Positions 1 through 10,324 of a stretch of DNA of 64,000 bases are shown here, in pieces (the first letter of the stretch is position 1; each line of letters starts with the position of its first letter). The notes beneath the pieces were generated by a model. It saw only the letters and a list, made by a program, of their open reading frames with translations, ran no database searches and was not told the origin of the DNA. Source of the stretch: Candidatus Hermodarchaeota archaeon (GTDB lineage Archaea > Asgardarchaeota > Lokiarchaeia > Sigyniarchaeales > SOKP01); the NCBI GenBank assembly GCA_048885525.1, contig JBHLLP010000013.1:20643-84642 (forward strand), given 5' to 3'. A program made the position numbers and the translations under genes.

Positions 1-1185
1 AGAGATGGAAACCTAGGAGGAATTATCTATTATGATACCAACATCGACGATGCTAGATTAACTATTGAAATATTAAAAGAAGCTGTTATAAGGGGAGCTG
101 ATGTACTAAATTACTGTAAAGTAAATGGATATATCAAAAAAGATAACATAATTATAGGAGTTAAATGTAAAGATATAGAAAATAATAACGATTTTGAAAT
201 CAAAGGGACTTTGGTTGTTAATGCAACAGGAATTTGGACAGATGAATTGCTTGAGCTTTATCCTGATGACATACCAAAACCTCTCATCCGTCCTACTAAG
301 GGGGTTCATTTACAATATAGACGTAAATGTATCCGGAATAATATGGCTGATGTATGTTATTCACCAATTGATGGTCGTATCTATTTTGTCCTGCCTAGAG
401 ATAAAGATTTTACCATAATTGGTACTACTGATACTGATTTTGACGGAGATTTAGCTAATCCTTATTGTACAAAAGAAGATGCTGACTATTTAATTGAATC
501 AACTCAAAAATTCTTCCCAAATGCACAATTAGGATATGAAAATATCATTTCAACTTATGCCGGAATAAGGCCATTAGTAATGCAGAAGGGTAAATCTGAA
601 AGTGAAATTTCCCGAGATCATATTGTATTTTTCTCTGATGATGGATTATTAACTATAACTGGTGGTAAATTTACAGAATGGCGTGCTATGGCAGAGGACT
701 TATTCATAAAAATAGAAAAAAAAGGACTATTCTCAAATATTAAAAGAGACAAACATTTTAGTAGACGACCATTTATAATTACTCTTGAAAAAGAAATCTG
801 GGCAGAAAAATTAAAAGAATTTGATCTTAATCTAGATAATGATATTGCGGACCACTTATATCAACAATATGGTAAGGGAGCTTTTAAAATTCTTGAAATG
901 ATTAAGCAAGAACCTTCTCTAAGAGAAAAAATAATTGAAGAGAATAATTTCATTAAAGCAGAAATTCTATATTCTCTAAGATATGAACCAACTCCGCACC
1001 TAATTGATGTTTTTTGTAGACGAACTGAAATGTCGCTATGGATTGATCATAAAAAAGCTTCCAACGCAGCTAGTAAAGTCGCTGAAATAATGGCTAATGA
1101 ATACTCATGGGATGAAAACAAAAAAAATCAAGAAATTGAGATCTATATGGAGTACATTAAAAAAACTGTTTCTTTTATAACTTAA
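1..1185 (+). CDS. glpD: FAD-dependent glycerol-3-phosphate dehydrogenase/oxidase, 5'-truncated by the window edge
   Basis: Frame is open from base 1 (RDGNLGGIIYYDTNIDDARL...). Motifs VVNATGIW, RPTKGVHL, IIGTTD, YAGIRPL, SRDH, ITGGKFT and C-terminal DVFCRRT. Confidence 0.9.
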   Translation, partial: RDGNLGGIIYYDTNIDDARLTIEILKEAVIRGADVLNYCKVNGYIKKDNIIIGVKCKDIENNNDFEIKGTLVVNATGIWTDELLELYPDDIPKPLIRPTKGVHLQYRRKCIRNNMADVCYSPIDGRIYFVLPRDKDFTIIGTTDTDFDGDLANPYCTKEDADYLIESTQKFFPNAQLGYENIISTYAGIRPLVMQKGKSESEISRDHIVFFSDDGLLTITGGKFTEWRAMAEDLFIKIEKKGLFSNIKRDKHFSRRPFIITLEKEIWAEKLKEFDLNLDNDIADHLYQQYGKGAFKILEMIKQEPSLREKIIEENNFIKAEILYSLRYEPTPHLIDVFCRRTEMSLWIDHKKASNAASKVAEIMANEYSWDENKKNQEIEIYMEYIKKTVSFIT

Positions 1186-1294
1186 ATCTTTCAAACTCTA
1201 ATTTTGAATTATTGGACTCCCTTTGAAATATATTTTTAAGTTTGTATATACAATATAATAACAAAATTAAATTTACATTTAAGAGTGAACATAT

Positions 1295-1966
1295 TTGATT
1301 TTCCAATTTGATTTTACGGAACATATTTTAAAACCACTAGGAAAACTTGGTGGCTGGATAATGCTTCTTTTAGGGATAATGTGGTTAATCTATGCGGTTT
1401 ATGAGACAAAAAGGAGACAATCCTTTAAGAAAAGAAAAGTGGAAGACTGGGATTTTGATGTTACAAAATTCTTGAAAGCAATAACTTACATAGGATTCAT
1501 ACTAGGGTTACTAGCTTTAATCTCTGGTTTTTCTGGATTAATGTTTGATATTCCACCTAGTGTAGCTTATGCTACAACTACCGAGAATAGTCGAAATCTA
1601 TTTACATCTATACTCTTAATTATATTTGGGATTTTAACATTTGTAAAACCAGCAAACGATTTACCACTAGCAAGTATAATTGGTGTTTTAGCTGCAACTC
1701 TTGTGGTAATTATTTTAACTTTAGCAATCCCTCAGCAACTTGTTGATGTAATTGCTGTCTTTGTTAATCCTAAGATTTTGTTGGCTATAATCTTCCTAAT
1801 AATTTTTGCTATAGTGGCTCTTACAGCTAAATTTTATGTAAAAGTGTTCATGACCATATCGAAAGCAATTTCTTGGCCCCCTTTAGCAGTTATTTTTGCG
1901 ATCTTTTGTTTCATTCAAGGATTTCTACTATTAGCTGTTGGTGTTAGTATTTCAGGTTATTTCTAA
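1295..1966 (+). CDS. Hypothetical multi-pass membrane protein
   Basis: 223-aa ORF with about 6 hydrophobic segments, followed by a T-rich tract. Confidence 0.75.
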   Translation: MIFQFDFTEHILKPLGKLGGWIMLLLGIMWLIYAVYETKRRQSFKKRKVEDWDFDVTKFLKAITYIGFILGLLALISGFSGLMFDIPPSVAYATTTENSRNLFTSILLIIFGILTFVKPANDLPLASIIGVLAATLVVIILTLAIPQQLVDVIAVFVNPKILLAIIFLIIFAIVALTAKFYVKVFMTISKAISWPPLAVIFAIFCFIQGFLLLAVGVSISGYF

Positions 1967-2075
1967 TTCTTTTTAATTTTTTTTATATTTTGTAAGATTT
2001 TAAAGATAGATCATCTAATTTTTTATTAAAATAATCAAAATAAAGGTTTTTATCCCTACATACTTTTTTTAAATT

Positions 2076-2561
2076 ATGAAGGCTCTAATTGCTTATTTCA
2101 CAATGGGAGGAAGAACGAAGAAAACTGCCGAAGCAATCGCAACTGCTTTGACCAAATATGAAGTAAGTTATTTTCCAATAGAATTAAAGGGGAAATTTAT
2201 TGAAAAGATAAAAATGCTCGATAAATTCGAAAATAAAGATTTTTCAACAATACAAAATAAATTAAAAAATCTTGATGCTCAACCTTATGATTTAATTTTC
2301 TTTGGTATGCCTACATATGGTAATTTTCCACCAAAAGTTTTTGATGAAATCTTGGTAAGAATGAGCAATCTTAATGGGAAAAGAGTAGTTGTATTCAATA
2401 CAGCTCGTTTTACTGGTGGAAAGGCACTAAATTATATGAAAATAAAAGTTGAGGAAGCCGCTGCTGTAGTGGTTGAACAATCCAAATTCAGAAAATTATT
2501 TTGGATTGGTACAAAAAATGCCACTAAGTTTGGGAAGCGAATCAATGAAAGTCAGGAGTAA
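2076..2561 (+). CDS. Flavodoxin-like protein
   Basis: N-terminal YFTMGGRTKKTAEAI FMN-binding loop; YDLIFFGMPTYG; GKRVVVFNT. Confidence 0.85.
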   Translation: MKALIAYFTMGGRTKKTAEAIATALTKYEVSYFPIELKGKFIEKIKMLDKFENKDFSTIQNKLKNLDAQPYDLIFFGMPTYGNFPPKVFDEILVRMSNLNGKRVVVFNTARFTGGKALNYMKIKVEEAAAVVVEQSKFRKLFWIGTKNATKFGKRINESQE

Positions 2562-2624
2562 AGATGCAAATTAGAAAATATATATAAAAATGGTTATTTT
2601 TTCATGTTTTTTTTAACACACCAG

Positions 2625-3737
2625 TCAAAAAAAACTAAATCTATGCGAAGGTTGCTTATTAATTTCACCAATAATATCATTTTCTAATTTATAAGAGCAA
2701 TTGGGACATTTTTGATCATCTGTAATATCGATTTTTTTAAAGCTATATCCTCTTCTTTCGAATAGTAAATAGTTACAGCTGGGACAATAAGTATTGCCTC
2801 CCTTCTCATGAGAGATGTTACCTACATATGGAAAATATAATCCTGATCCTTTAGCGATGCTATAAGCCATATCTAATGTTTCATAAGGAGTCCGTTTCAT
2901 TGAGGGCATTTTGAAATCAGGATGATATGCAGAAAAGTGGACAGGGGTATTACTACCTAAATTATCCACTATCCACAAGCACAATTTCTGAATATCTTCT
3001 TTACTATCGTTTAAATCAGGTATAATTAAATTAGTGATTTCTACATGAATCCCATTAGATTTAAATCGTTTAGCAGTTTTCAAAACTGGTTGAACTGACG
3101 TGACACCACATATCTTTTTATAAAAATCATCTGTCATTGCCTTAATATCTATATTTGCAGCATCAATTCCAATATCAATTAACTCTTTAGATGCTTCTGG
3201 AGTAGAATATCCATTTGTAACTAAAATAGTCTTAATATCATGCTTTTTCAGAAGGGGCACTGTATCTATTATCCATTCATGCCATATTAATGGTTCATTG
3301 TATGTATAAGCAAGAGTTTTTGCTCCACTCTTAACAACTCTTTTTTCTAATTGCTCAGGGATCATTTCAACTAATGACATTCCTCGACCCTCATATCCCT
3401 GAAGGTCATAAAATCCATTTTTTCCGTTATCTGTTGGATTTGCTTGGCTTATAGACCAGTTTTGGCAATTTTGACACTTAAAAGAACATCCAATAGATGC
3501 GATTGAATAAGCTGTAGCTCCAGGCCAAAAATTATATAGTGGTTTCTTCTCAATAGGATCTAAACTGCCAGATGATATCATTGAACCATAAATTAATGTG
3601 TATAATTCTCCATCAAAATTCTTTCTTGTTCTACATATCCCTACCTTCTCTGGAAGAATTGTGCATTCATTGGCACATACATGACATTTAACCTTCTTAT
3701 CTTCTAGTTTATCGAATAATCTCGCTTTTAATTTCAT
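2625..3737 (-). CDS. amrS: AmmeMemoRadiSam-system radical SAM enzyme (PflA-like)
   Basis: N-terminal CHVCANEC..GICRTR; DPIEKKPLYNFWPG; CSFKCQNC cluster motif; YTYNEP; C-terminal YVGN..TYCPSC..CPNC. Confidence 0.88.
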   Translation of the reverse strand: MKLKARLFDKLEDKKVKCHVCANECTILPEKVGICRTRKNFDGELYTLIYGSMISSGSLDPIEKKPLYNFWPGATAYSIASIGCSFKCQNCQNWSISQANPTDNGKNGFYDLQGYEGRGMSLVEMIPEQLEKRVVKSGAKTLAYTYNEPLIWHEWIIDTVPLLKKHDIKTILVTNGYSTPEASKELIDIGIDAANIDIKAMTDDFYKKICGVTSVQPVLKTAKRFKSNGIHVEITNLIIPDLNDSKEDIQKLCLWIVDNLGSNTPVHFSAYHPDFKMPSMKRTPYETLDMAYSIAKGSGLYFPYVGNISHEKGGNTYCPSCNYLLFERRGYSFKKIDITDDQKCPNCSYKLENDIIGEINKQPSHRFSFF

Positions 3738-3857
3738 ATCGCCACCTTAATTCAATAATTTTTTGCTTATCTTATCACTAGATATATAATAGATATGAAA
3801 TTTTATATTTCTTATACCTTTAAAATGTAAAATTAATAAAATAAGGAAATATTCAAT

Positions 3858-4292
3858 ATGTCGGGAATTGAAAAAGTTATTTCTTCTTTTAGAGGAAATT
3901 TTAATTGTGCTCAATCAATATTTAGAACGTATGCTACTCAATACGGCTTAGATGAAGACACAGCCTTAAAATTAGCTACAGGGTTTGGAGGTGGTATGGG
4001 TCGTATGCAAAAAACATGTGGTGCAATATCTGGGGCTTTTATGGCTATTGGTTTAAAATATGGAATGGGGCTTAATGGTGATATCGAAGCAAGAGATAAG
4101 ACTTATCAGCTAATAAGAGAATTTACAAATCGATTTCAAGAAATTCATGGATCAATAAACTGTAAGGAATTGCTTGGTTGTGATATTAGTACTCCTGAAG
4201 GAAGAGAATACTATGATCAAAATGATTTTTTTGAAAAGAAATGCTTTGAGTATGTAAAGGATTCAGCGAAGATCTTAGAAGAATTATTGTAA
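3858..4292 (+). CDS. C_GCAxxG_C_C family putative redox-active protein
   Basis: NCAQS, GFGGGMG, TCGAISG, INCKELLG and terminal KC. Confidence 0.88.
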   Translation: MSGIEKVISSFRGNFNCAQSIFRTYATQYGLDEDTALKLATGFGGGMGRMQKTCGAISGAFMAIGLKYGMGLNGDIEARDKTYQLIREFTNRFQEIHGSINCKELLGCDISTPEGREYYDQNDFFEKKCFEYVKDSAKILEELL

Positions 4293-4331
4293 AGGAATCG
4301 AATAAAGGATATACATTTTATTTTTATTTTT

Positions 4332-5249
4332 ATGACAGAGAATGAAATTGAGTTTAAAAAAGAGGAATTAGAGCAATTATTAAATAAAAAACTGGAAAAT
4401 TTAAAAGAATTAGAAAATTTTGGTAAAAATTCGAACTATATTAAAGAATTAAGCGATATTGCTCTAATCCAATTACAATTGGAGAAATTTAGGGACTCAG
4501 AAAAAAATTATTTAATCTGTTTAAAACATTTTAAAAAACAAAAAGATCGATTAGGTCAAGCAGCAGTATTTGGTGTTTTGGGTACTCTATATTATAAAGA
4601 AGGCAATTACAATAAATCTATTGAATCTTATGAAAAAGCATATAATATTTATGAAGAATTAAGACAAGTTCAAGAACAAATTACTTGTCTAAAAGGAATA
4701 GGGAACAGTTATATAAAACTAAATCAAAATGATGAGGCATGCGATATTTTCTTAGATTGCAGTGCGATCTGTTCAGATAACAATGATATTTATAATTTAT
4801 TAGACTGTTTAGGAAATCTTATTTACATTCATGAAACCAATGAAAACTGGGATATTGTATTTGAAGTATACAAAAAAGTATTAAAAGCCTTTAAAAAAAT
4901 TAATGATAATAAAGGAATTATCACTTCTTATTTCAACCTAGGCATTCTTCAAAAGAAAGAAAATAACTTAGAGGAAGCAGTAAGATATTTTAAGAAAGGA
5001 ACTAATCAAGCAATTGATACAAACTTTCCTGAATTTATTATCAAAGGTCTTGGTTACATTGGTGAAGTTTCATTTTATATGGGAAGAATTAAGGAAGCAA
5101 AGAATCAATTTATTCGAGCATTGCATCTTGCCAAAAAAATAGGGGCAAATAATGCAATTATTCAACTTAAAGTTCTTTTAAAATCACTGGGATTGCAGGA
5201 TAAAAAAATAATTGAAGAACTTGGGAGTTTTGAAAATACCCAAAATTGA
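4332..5249 (+). CDS. Tetratricopeptide repeat protein
   Basis: Repeated LG.LY...G.Y..A...Y.KA helical repeats. Confidence 0.85.
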   Translation: MTENEIEFKKEELEQLLNKKLENLKELENFGKNSNYIKELSDIALIQLQLEKFRDSEKNYLICLKHFKKQKDRLGQAAVFGVLGTLYYKEGNYNKSIESYEKAYNIYEELRQVQEQITCLKGIGNSYIKLNQNDEACDIFLDCSAICSDNNDIYNLLDCLGNLIYIHETNENWDIVFEVYKKVLKAFKKINDNKGIITSYFNLGILQKKENNLEEAVRYFKKGTNQAIDTNFPEFIIKGLGYIGEVSFYMGRIKEAKNQFIRALHLAKKIGANNAIIQLKVLLKSLGLQDKKIIEELGSFENTQN

Positions 5250-5299
5250 ATAAATATGAATGAGAAACTAGACAAAACTCTTTGATTAAAACAATACCA

Positions 5300-5470
5300 T
5301 TATTTCTTCTTAGAGTTTTTATGATTTTTATAATCTTCTTTTTTAGCTTTTCTTAAAGCCGGCTCACCACATTTATCACAAAAATCATAGACTGTGTGAG
5401 CAAATTCTCCACAATTCTCACATATATATGGATATGTTACTTTAAATAATTTGATGTCCAATATACTCAA
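5300..5470 (-). CDS. Small zinc-ribbon protein (about 56 aa), absent from the ORF track
   Basis: Hand translation from TTG: MSILDIKLFKVTYPYICENCGEFAHTVYDFCDKCGEPALRKAKKEDYKNHKNSKKK*; two CxxCG knuckles and a basic tail. Confidence 0.75.
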   Translation of the reverse strand: MSILDIKLFKVTYPYICENCGEFAHTVYDFCDKCGEPALRKAKKEDYKNHKNSKKK

Positions 5471-5545
5471 CTGATTTATTATTATTTTTTGTTAAATTCA
5501 AAGCTAACTTAATCCCTTATATTTATTTTTCTTTAAAGATTTATA

Positions 5546-5574
5546 TGTCAAGGTTTATTTACTTGTCAAGGTTT
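5546..5574. repeat. 11-bp perfect direct repeat TGTCAAGGTTT x2 (18-bp period) in a divergent intergenic region
   Basis: Copies at 5546-5556 and 5564-5574. Confidence 0.6.
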
Positions 5575-5856
5575 CTCGAAAGATAAATGATATTATCACA
5601 AATCATCTTGTAGTAATTCTGAATTTAAATTTAATATAAATAAAATGGTAGTTTATGTTGAAAATTTATTTGATAAAATGTTGATGCATTAAACCTCTAA
5701 TTTTTAGATAATCTTTTTAAATAATCATTTGTTGAAAATACATAGAATATTGTTGGATCAACATAGCGTTTTTTTGTTAATTTACAATCCAGTAAATAGT
5801 TATATTAAATCAATTTAGGTAAAAAATAGAAAATTTCAATTAGGTCAAAAAAAAAA

Positions 5857-7245
5857 ATGAAGATTTTACTGATTTATCCTCCTTTTCAGGTAGATAAAGG
5901 TATGGGAAAGGTTATGTGTAGCCCTCCTTTGTCTCTTCTAACACTTGCGGGCTCAGTTAGTAATCTTGATCACGAAATTGAAATACTTGATATGAATGTG
6001 GACTATTCTTATGATATTGAAAAGTTCTCCCAAAAGATACTTAAGTTTGATTTAGTAGGAATTACCTGTATGACTAATACATTTAAAATCGTATTAAATT
6101 TGTGCAGGATTGCTAAAAGAAATCGGATTCCTACAATTTTGGGTGGATTCCATCCAACTTTGGTTCCTAATATTATTGAACAATTCGATTGTATTGATAT
6201 GATCTGTCGTGGAGAAGGTGAAATTACTTTTAGAGAATTACTGGAAGGTAAACCAAAACATCAAATCCTAGGGCTTTCATATAGAGAAAATGGTACTGTG
6301 ATTCATAATCCTGATAGGCCATTTATTGAAAATCTAAACAGGCTTCCATTCCCAAATAATGATCTAGTTGATCCTCACCCCTATCATTATATTTGGGTTC
6401 GATCATGGGTTTGTGAAACATCCAGAGGGTGTCCATTTAATTGTAATTTTTGTTGTGTCACTCAATTTCATAAAGGTAAGTATCGTACAAAATCTCCTGA
6501 AAGAATAATAGAAGAACTTTTAAAAGTACCAGAAAAAACAAAACTTATATTTTTCACTGATGATAATTTCAGTCTAAATAAGAAACGGACTATGAAGATT
6601 TGTGAGCTATTAGAAAAAACAAAACTAAATAAGCGATTAATGTTTGTATGTCAATCTAGAGTTGATGATATTGCCAATAATCCAGATATGGTTAAAGCCA
6701 TGTCTAAGGCTGGTTTTATTTGCTTTTTTTTAGGATTTGAAAGTTTCAAACAAATATCATTAAATAATATGCAAAAACAATATACTCTCGATAAAGTTCG
6801 AAAATGCGTGGAAATTTGTCATAAGAATGGTATAATGGTTTTTGGTTCATTTATTATAGGAAACATTGGAGAAACCATTAAAGATACATGGAGAACATTT
6901 AAATTAATGAAAGATTTAGAACTTGATATGATGATGACTAATCCGATAACTCCTTTTCCAGGAACACCACTCTATGACGATGCTGTTGATAAGGGATGGA
7001 TCCCAAAAGACTTTAAATGGGAAAAATGGGATATTTCACCAGTTATGAATACACCAGATATGACAATTGATGAAATCCAAGATCTATTAGACGAGAGTTA
7101 TAGATTTTTCTATAATGATATTGGCTTTTTTCTTTTTGGAAAGAAATTGTTGAGAATTTTATTTAATCCTAAGTTTTGGTGGTATAGACACGTTGCTTTT
7201 TCAGTATTGACGAATGGATTAACAAAATTCTTAATGAAATTATAG
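5857..7245 (+). CDS. Cobalamin-binding (class B) radical SAM protein
   Basis: N-terminal B12-binding region (ILLIYPP, PPLSLLTLA, ILGGFHPT, RGEGE); TSRGCPFNCNFC; FTDDNF; GFES; TPFPGTPLY. Confidence 0.9.
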   Translation: MKILLIYPPFQVDKGMGKVMCSPPLSLLTLAGSVSNLDHEIEILDMNVDYSYDIEKFSQKILKFDLVGITCMTNTFKIVLNLCRIAKRNRIPTILGGFHPTLVPNIIEQFDCIDMICRGEGEITFRELLEGKPKHQILGLSYRENGTVIHNPDRPFIENLNRLPFPNNDLVDPHPYHYIWVRSWVCETSRGCPFNCNFCCVTQFHKGKYRTKSPERIIEELLKVPEKTKLIFFTDDNFSLNKKRTMKICELLEKTKLNKRLMFVCQSRVDDIANNPDMVKAMSKAGFICFFLGFESFKQISLNNMQKQYTLDKVRKCVEICHKNGIMVFGSFIIGNIGETIKDTWRTFKLMKDLELDMMMTNPITPFPGTPLYDDAVDKGWIPKDFKWEKWDISPVMNTPDMTIDEIQDLLDESYRFFYNDIGFFLFGKKLLRILFNPKFWWYRHVAFSVLTNGLTKFLMKL

Positions 7246-7319
7246 AAATATTTTGAAAATATCGAAAAAATAGTCAATTAAAAAAATAATTAAAATGCAA
7301 ATTATTTTAGTAGTTTGAT

Positions 7320-8030
7320 ATGATTCAAGCAATTACATTCGATCTCTGGAATACAATATTTACTAATAAATTTTATACAGAAATACGAATAAATTGGTTT
7401 ACCCAATTTTTAAAAGAAAGAGATATTTTCTTTTCTTTAATTGATATAAAGAATGCTTTTAATATAGCTTTTAATTTGCCAGAAGGTTATTTTAAGAAGA
7501 ATAATCATATTTTTACAGAAGATCGACTATTAATAATGCTAAATATCCTTAAATTGGATTTTTCTGAAAATGATAAAGATTTGATCAAGAATAAATTCGA
7601 AGCAGTAATGCTTGATGATCCTCCTTCTTTGAAGAAAGGAGTTAAACGAACCTTAGAAGAACTTTCTTTAACTTATAAAATTGGACTCATTTCAAATACT
7701 GGTATAACACCAGGAAGGATTATAATTAAGGTTTTTGAAGAATATAATATTCTCCAATATTTTCAAGTAATGATCTTCTCTGATGAGATTGGGTATTATA
7801 AACCACATACACTTTTATTCAATACAGCATTAAAAGAGCTTGAATGTGACCCAAGATATGCAATTCATATTGGAGATAGGTTAGACACAGATATTAAAGG
7901 AGCTAAAGAATGTAAAATGTATACAATCTGGGTTAATGACTCTTTTCCGCAAAATTTAAAGGATATCAAACCTGATTACGAGATTCAAGAAATATCTGAA
8001 GCAATACCAATTATTAAAAATCTACGCTAA
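7320..8030 (+). CDS. HAD-superfamily hydrolase
   Basis: ITFDLWNT motif I, LISNT, YKPH, HIGDRLDTDIKGA. Confidence 0.88.
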   Translation: MIQAITFDLWNTIFTNKFYTEIRINWFTQFLKERDIFFSLIDIKNAFNIAFNLPEGYFKKNNHIFTEDRLLIMLNILKLDFSENDKDLIKNKFEAVMLDDPPSLKKGVKRTLEELSLTYKIGLISNTGITPGRIIIKVFEEYNILQYFQVMIFSDEIGYYKPHTLLFNTALKELECDPRYAIHIGDRLDTDIKGAKECKMYTIWVNDSFPQNLKDIKPDYEIQEISEAIPIIKNLR

Positions 8031-8146
8031 TAAAAATTTAAAGAGATCTTGAACCTTGATTTTTATAATTTTCAGAATTATTATCAAATAATTATAAATA
8101 AAGTCATTTTCTTTTTAATTTTAAAAAGCTTAAATTTCATATACTA

Positions 8147-9568
8147 ATGAAAAATTGCCCTTATTGTAAGTTCCCAATTGAAGAACATTGGGCTTATTGT
8201 AGGAATTGCAATAAACCTTTAATTACTAATCTAGAAGATATATTAGACAGAAATGTGAAATTCCCCTATAATGAACCAGAGATTTATCATTTAGAATCGG
8301 AAGAAGAGAGCGAAACTTTTGATGATTTTATTATTAAAGATGAAGAAATTGATCAAAAAATAAAAAAAATTGATGAGATTTTAGAAAGTAAAGAAACTCT
8401 GGGAGAACCAATACCTGGAGCATTGCTATTGGAGAAGTCAAGTTTATATTACAAAAAAAGAGATTTAACTAAATCCTTGAAAAACCTAGAATTAGCTGTA
8501 AAAAATTTTAAAGAAGAAAATGATTTACTTAACACTGCTATATGCTACAATGAATTAGGAATAATCCGAGAAGATAATGGTTTTTTTGATCAAGCAATAT
8601 ATGATTTTAATAGATCTCTTGAAATTCTTAAAGATCTAAATGATAAAAACAAAATAATTAAGGTATTAAACAATCTGGGGAATGTACATTTTATAATTAA
8701 AGAAATAGAACAATCATATAATTATTATCAAGAAGCATTTCAACTTGCTCAACAAGAAAACTTAATTTTTGAGGAAATTAAATCTTCTAGCAATTTGGTA
8801 GAAGTTCTTTATTTATTGAATGATTATGACCGAATTAAGAAAATTTTAGCAAAAAATTTGGAATTTTTTAAAGAAAATGAGGATATTTATGGGATTATTC
8901 AAACAGAAATAAAATATGGAAAGTTATATTATATAATTGGTGATAACTATCATGAATCTTACCAACATCTTACAGAGGCGTTAGATTTAATTAAAAGAAT
9001 AGAACAAGATGTCTCTTTATATATTAAGGCAAAATTGGAATGGGAATGTTATTTATACCTTGGAAAAATTTATCTTTTATGGGATAATAATACTAAAGCA
9101 GAGAGTTTATTATTCCAAAGCCTAGAAGCTATTCGTATTTTCGAATTAAGTGATAATATCAAAGAGGGTGAAATATTGGAAACCTTAGCAGAAGTTAATA
9201 TTTCTAAGGGAGATATTGAAAGAGCAATTGATTATTACGATCTAGCTCGTGAAATTTCTTTTAAATTTGGAGATAACGCCAAAAATGCCGAAATTAAGTT
9301 TAAAATGGGAAAGATTTACCTAGAGTTTAAAGAAGATACAATTAAAGCGATAAATCTGTTAGAAGACGCATTAGAAATTTATGAAGATTTAGAATCTATT
9401 AAAGATTGTGCTTTAATTTTACATAAGTTAGGAGATATTTATCTTAATAAGAGAATGGTAGAAATAGCAGTCTCTTACTTTGAAAAAGCACGAAATTATT
9501 ATCGGATTATGAGAGATAAATATAGCGCAGAATTATTAAATGAGAAAATAAAATCATTAACTTTTTAA
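8147..9568 (+). CDS. Zinc-ribbon plus TPR repeat protein
   Basis: N-terminal CPYC...CRNC, acidic linker, then multiple TPR repeats. Confidence 0.85.
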   Translation: MKNCPYCKFPIEEHWAYCRNCNKPLITNLEDILDRNVKFPYNEPEIYHLESEEESETFDDFIIKDEEIDQKIKKIDEILESKETLGEPIPGALLLEKSSLYYKKRDLTKSLKNLELAVKNFKEENDLLNTAICYNELGIIREDNGFFDQAIYDFNRSLEILKDLNDKNKIIKVLNNLGNVHFIIKEIEQSYNYYQEAFQLAQQENLIFEEIKSSSNLVEVLYLLNDYDRIKKILAKNLEFFKENEDIYGIIQTEIKYGKLYYIIGDNYHESYQHLTEALDLIKRIEQDVSLYIKAKLEWECYLYLGKIYLLWDNNTKAESLLFQSLEAIRIFELSDNIKEGEILETLAEVNISKGDIERAIDYYDLAREISFKFGDNAKNAEIKFKMGKIYLEFKEDTIKAINLLEDALEIYEDLESIKDCALILHKLGDIYLNKRMVEIAVSYFEKARNYYRIMRDKYSAELLNEKIKSLTF

Positions 9569-9617
9569 ACCAGAAGTTATATGTGTAGAAATGGTTTCTT
9601 TCTTTGAAAAAAGACTT

Positions 9618-10301
9618 TTATTCATTTGATATTTCGAAATCTTCCTTCTTATAAACCTTTTTGCCAAATTCTTCAAAACCAATTCCTTTAATGAAAGAAT
9701 ATGAAACCTTGTTATCTTTATATACCTCCGCTCTTACTTCTTTAACATTACTATAATTCTCTTTTAAAAAATTCCATGCTGCCGTTCCCATAATAGTACC
9801 AACCCCTTTTCTTTGGAAACGCGGGATAACAGCTAAAGCAGCTATTACAGCAATTTCTTTATTCTCCCCTTCAAAATCTAAAAGTACAAATCCCGCATCA
9901 ATACCATATACTTTTGCAATAAGAAAAACAGTATCAGGATAATCAAGGATTTTCTTCAAATCATTTTTAGTTATGGGTCTGTAAGGGGTATTTGAAAGTA
10001 ACCATGCACGGTTATATATATTTTTTAGAATTTCTAAATCAGTTTCTGTTGCCTTTCTGATTTTCGCTTTAATAATGTTATGTTCTATTTTATCTTTTAA
10101 TCTATTTTCGAATTCTTGAGTAATTCTTTCTACTGGAAGCCTCATTTGGATATAAACCATCCCATCTTGATAAATCTCTTCTACAACTTCATCAACTTCC
10201 TGCTTATTCTTCTTTTTTGTTTCAATAGATAAAAAAAAAGCTCGTATTTTTCTCTTTTTGAGATCTAATCTTCTTTTACGTTCTATATTTGATTGTGACA
10301 T
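9618..10301 (-). CDS. GNAT family N-acetyltransferase with N-terminal extension
   Basis: LAVIPRFQRKGVG acetyl-CoA motif A; VYKDNKVSYSFIKGIGF motif B. Confidence 0.88.
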   Translation of the reverse strand: MSQSNIERKRRLDLKKRKIRAFFLSIETKKKNKQEVDEVVEEIYQDGMVYIQMRLPVERITQEFENRLKDKIEHNIIKAKIRKATETDLEILKNIYNRAWLLSNTPYRPITKNDLKKILDYPDTVFLIAKVYGIDAGFVLLDFEGENKEIAVIAALAVIPRFQRKGVGTIMGTAAWNFLKENYSNVKEVRAEVYKDNKVSYSFIKGIGFEEFGKKVYKKEDFEISNE

Positions 10302-10324
10302 GATAAAATGATAGATCTATAATA

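Noticed and set aside
106-418. Short ORFs 106-309 (-) and 194-418 (+)
   Set aside because: They overlap glpD in other frames and have no motifs. The same applies to the other short nested or antisense ORFs in the track (e.g. 15251, 19476, 21925, 26965, 34496, 36183, 45218, 63024).
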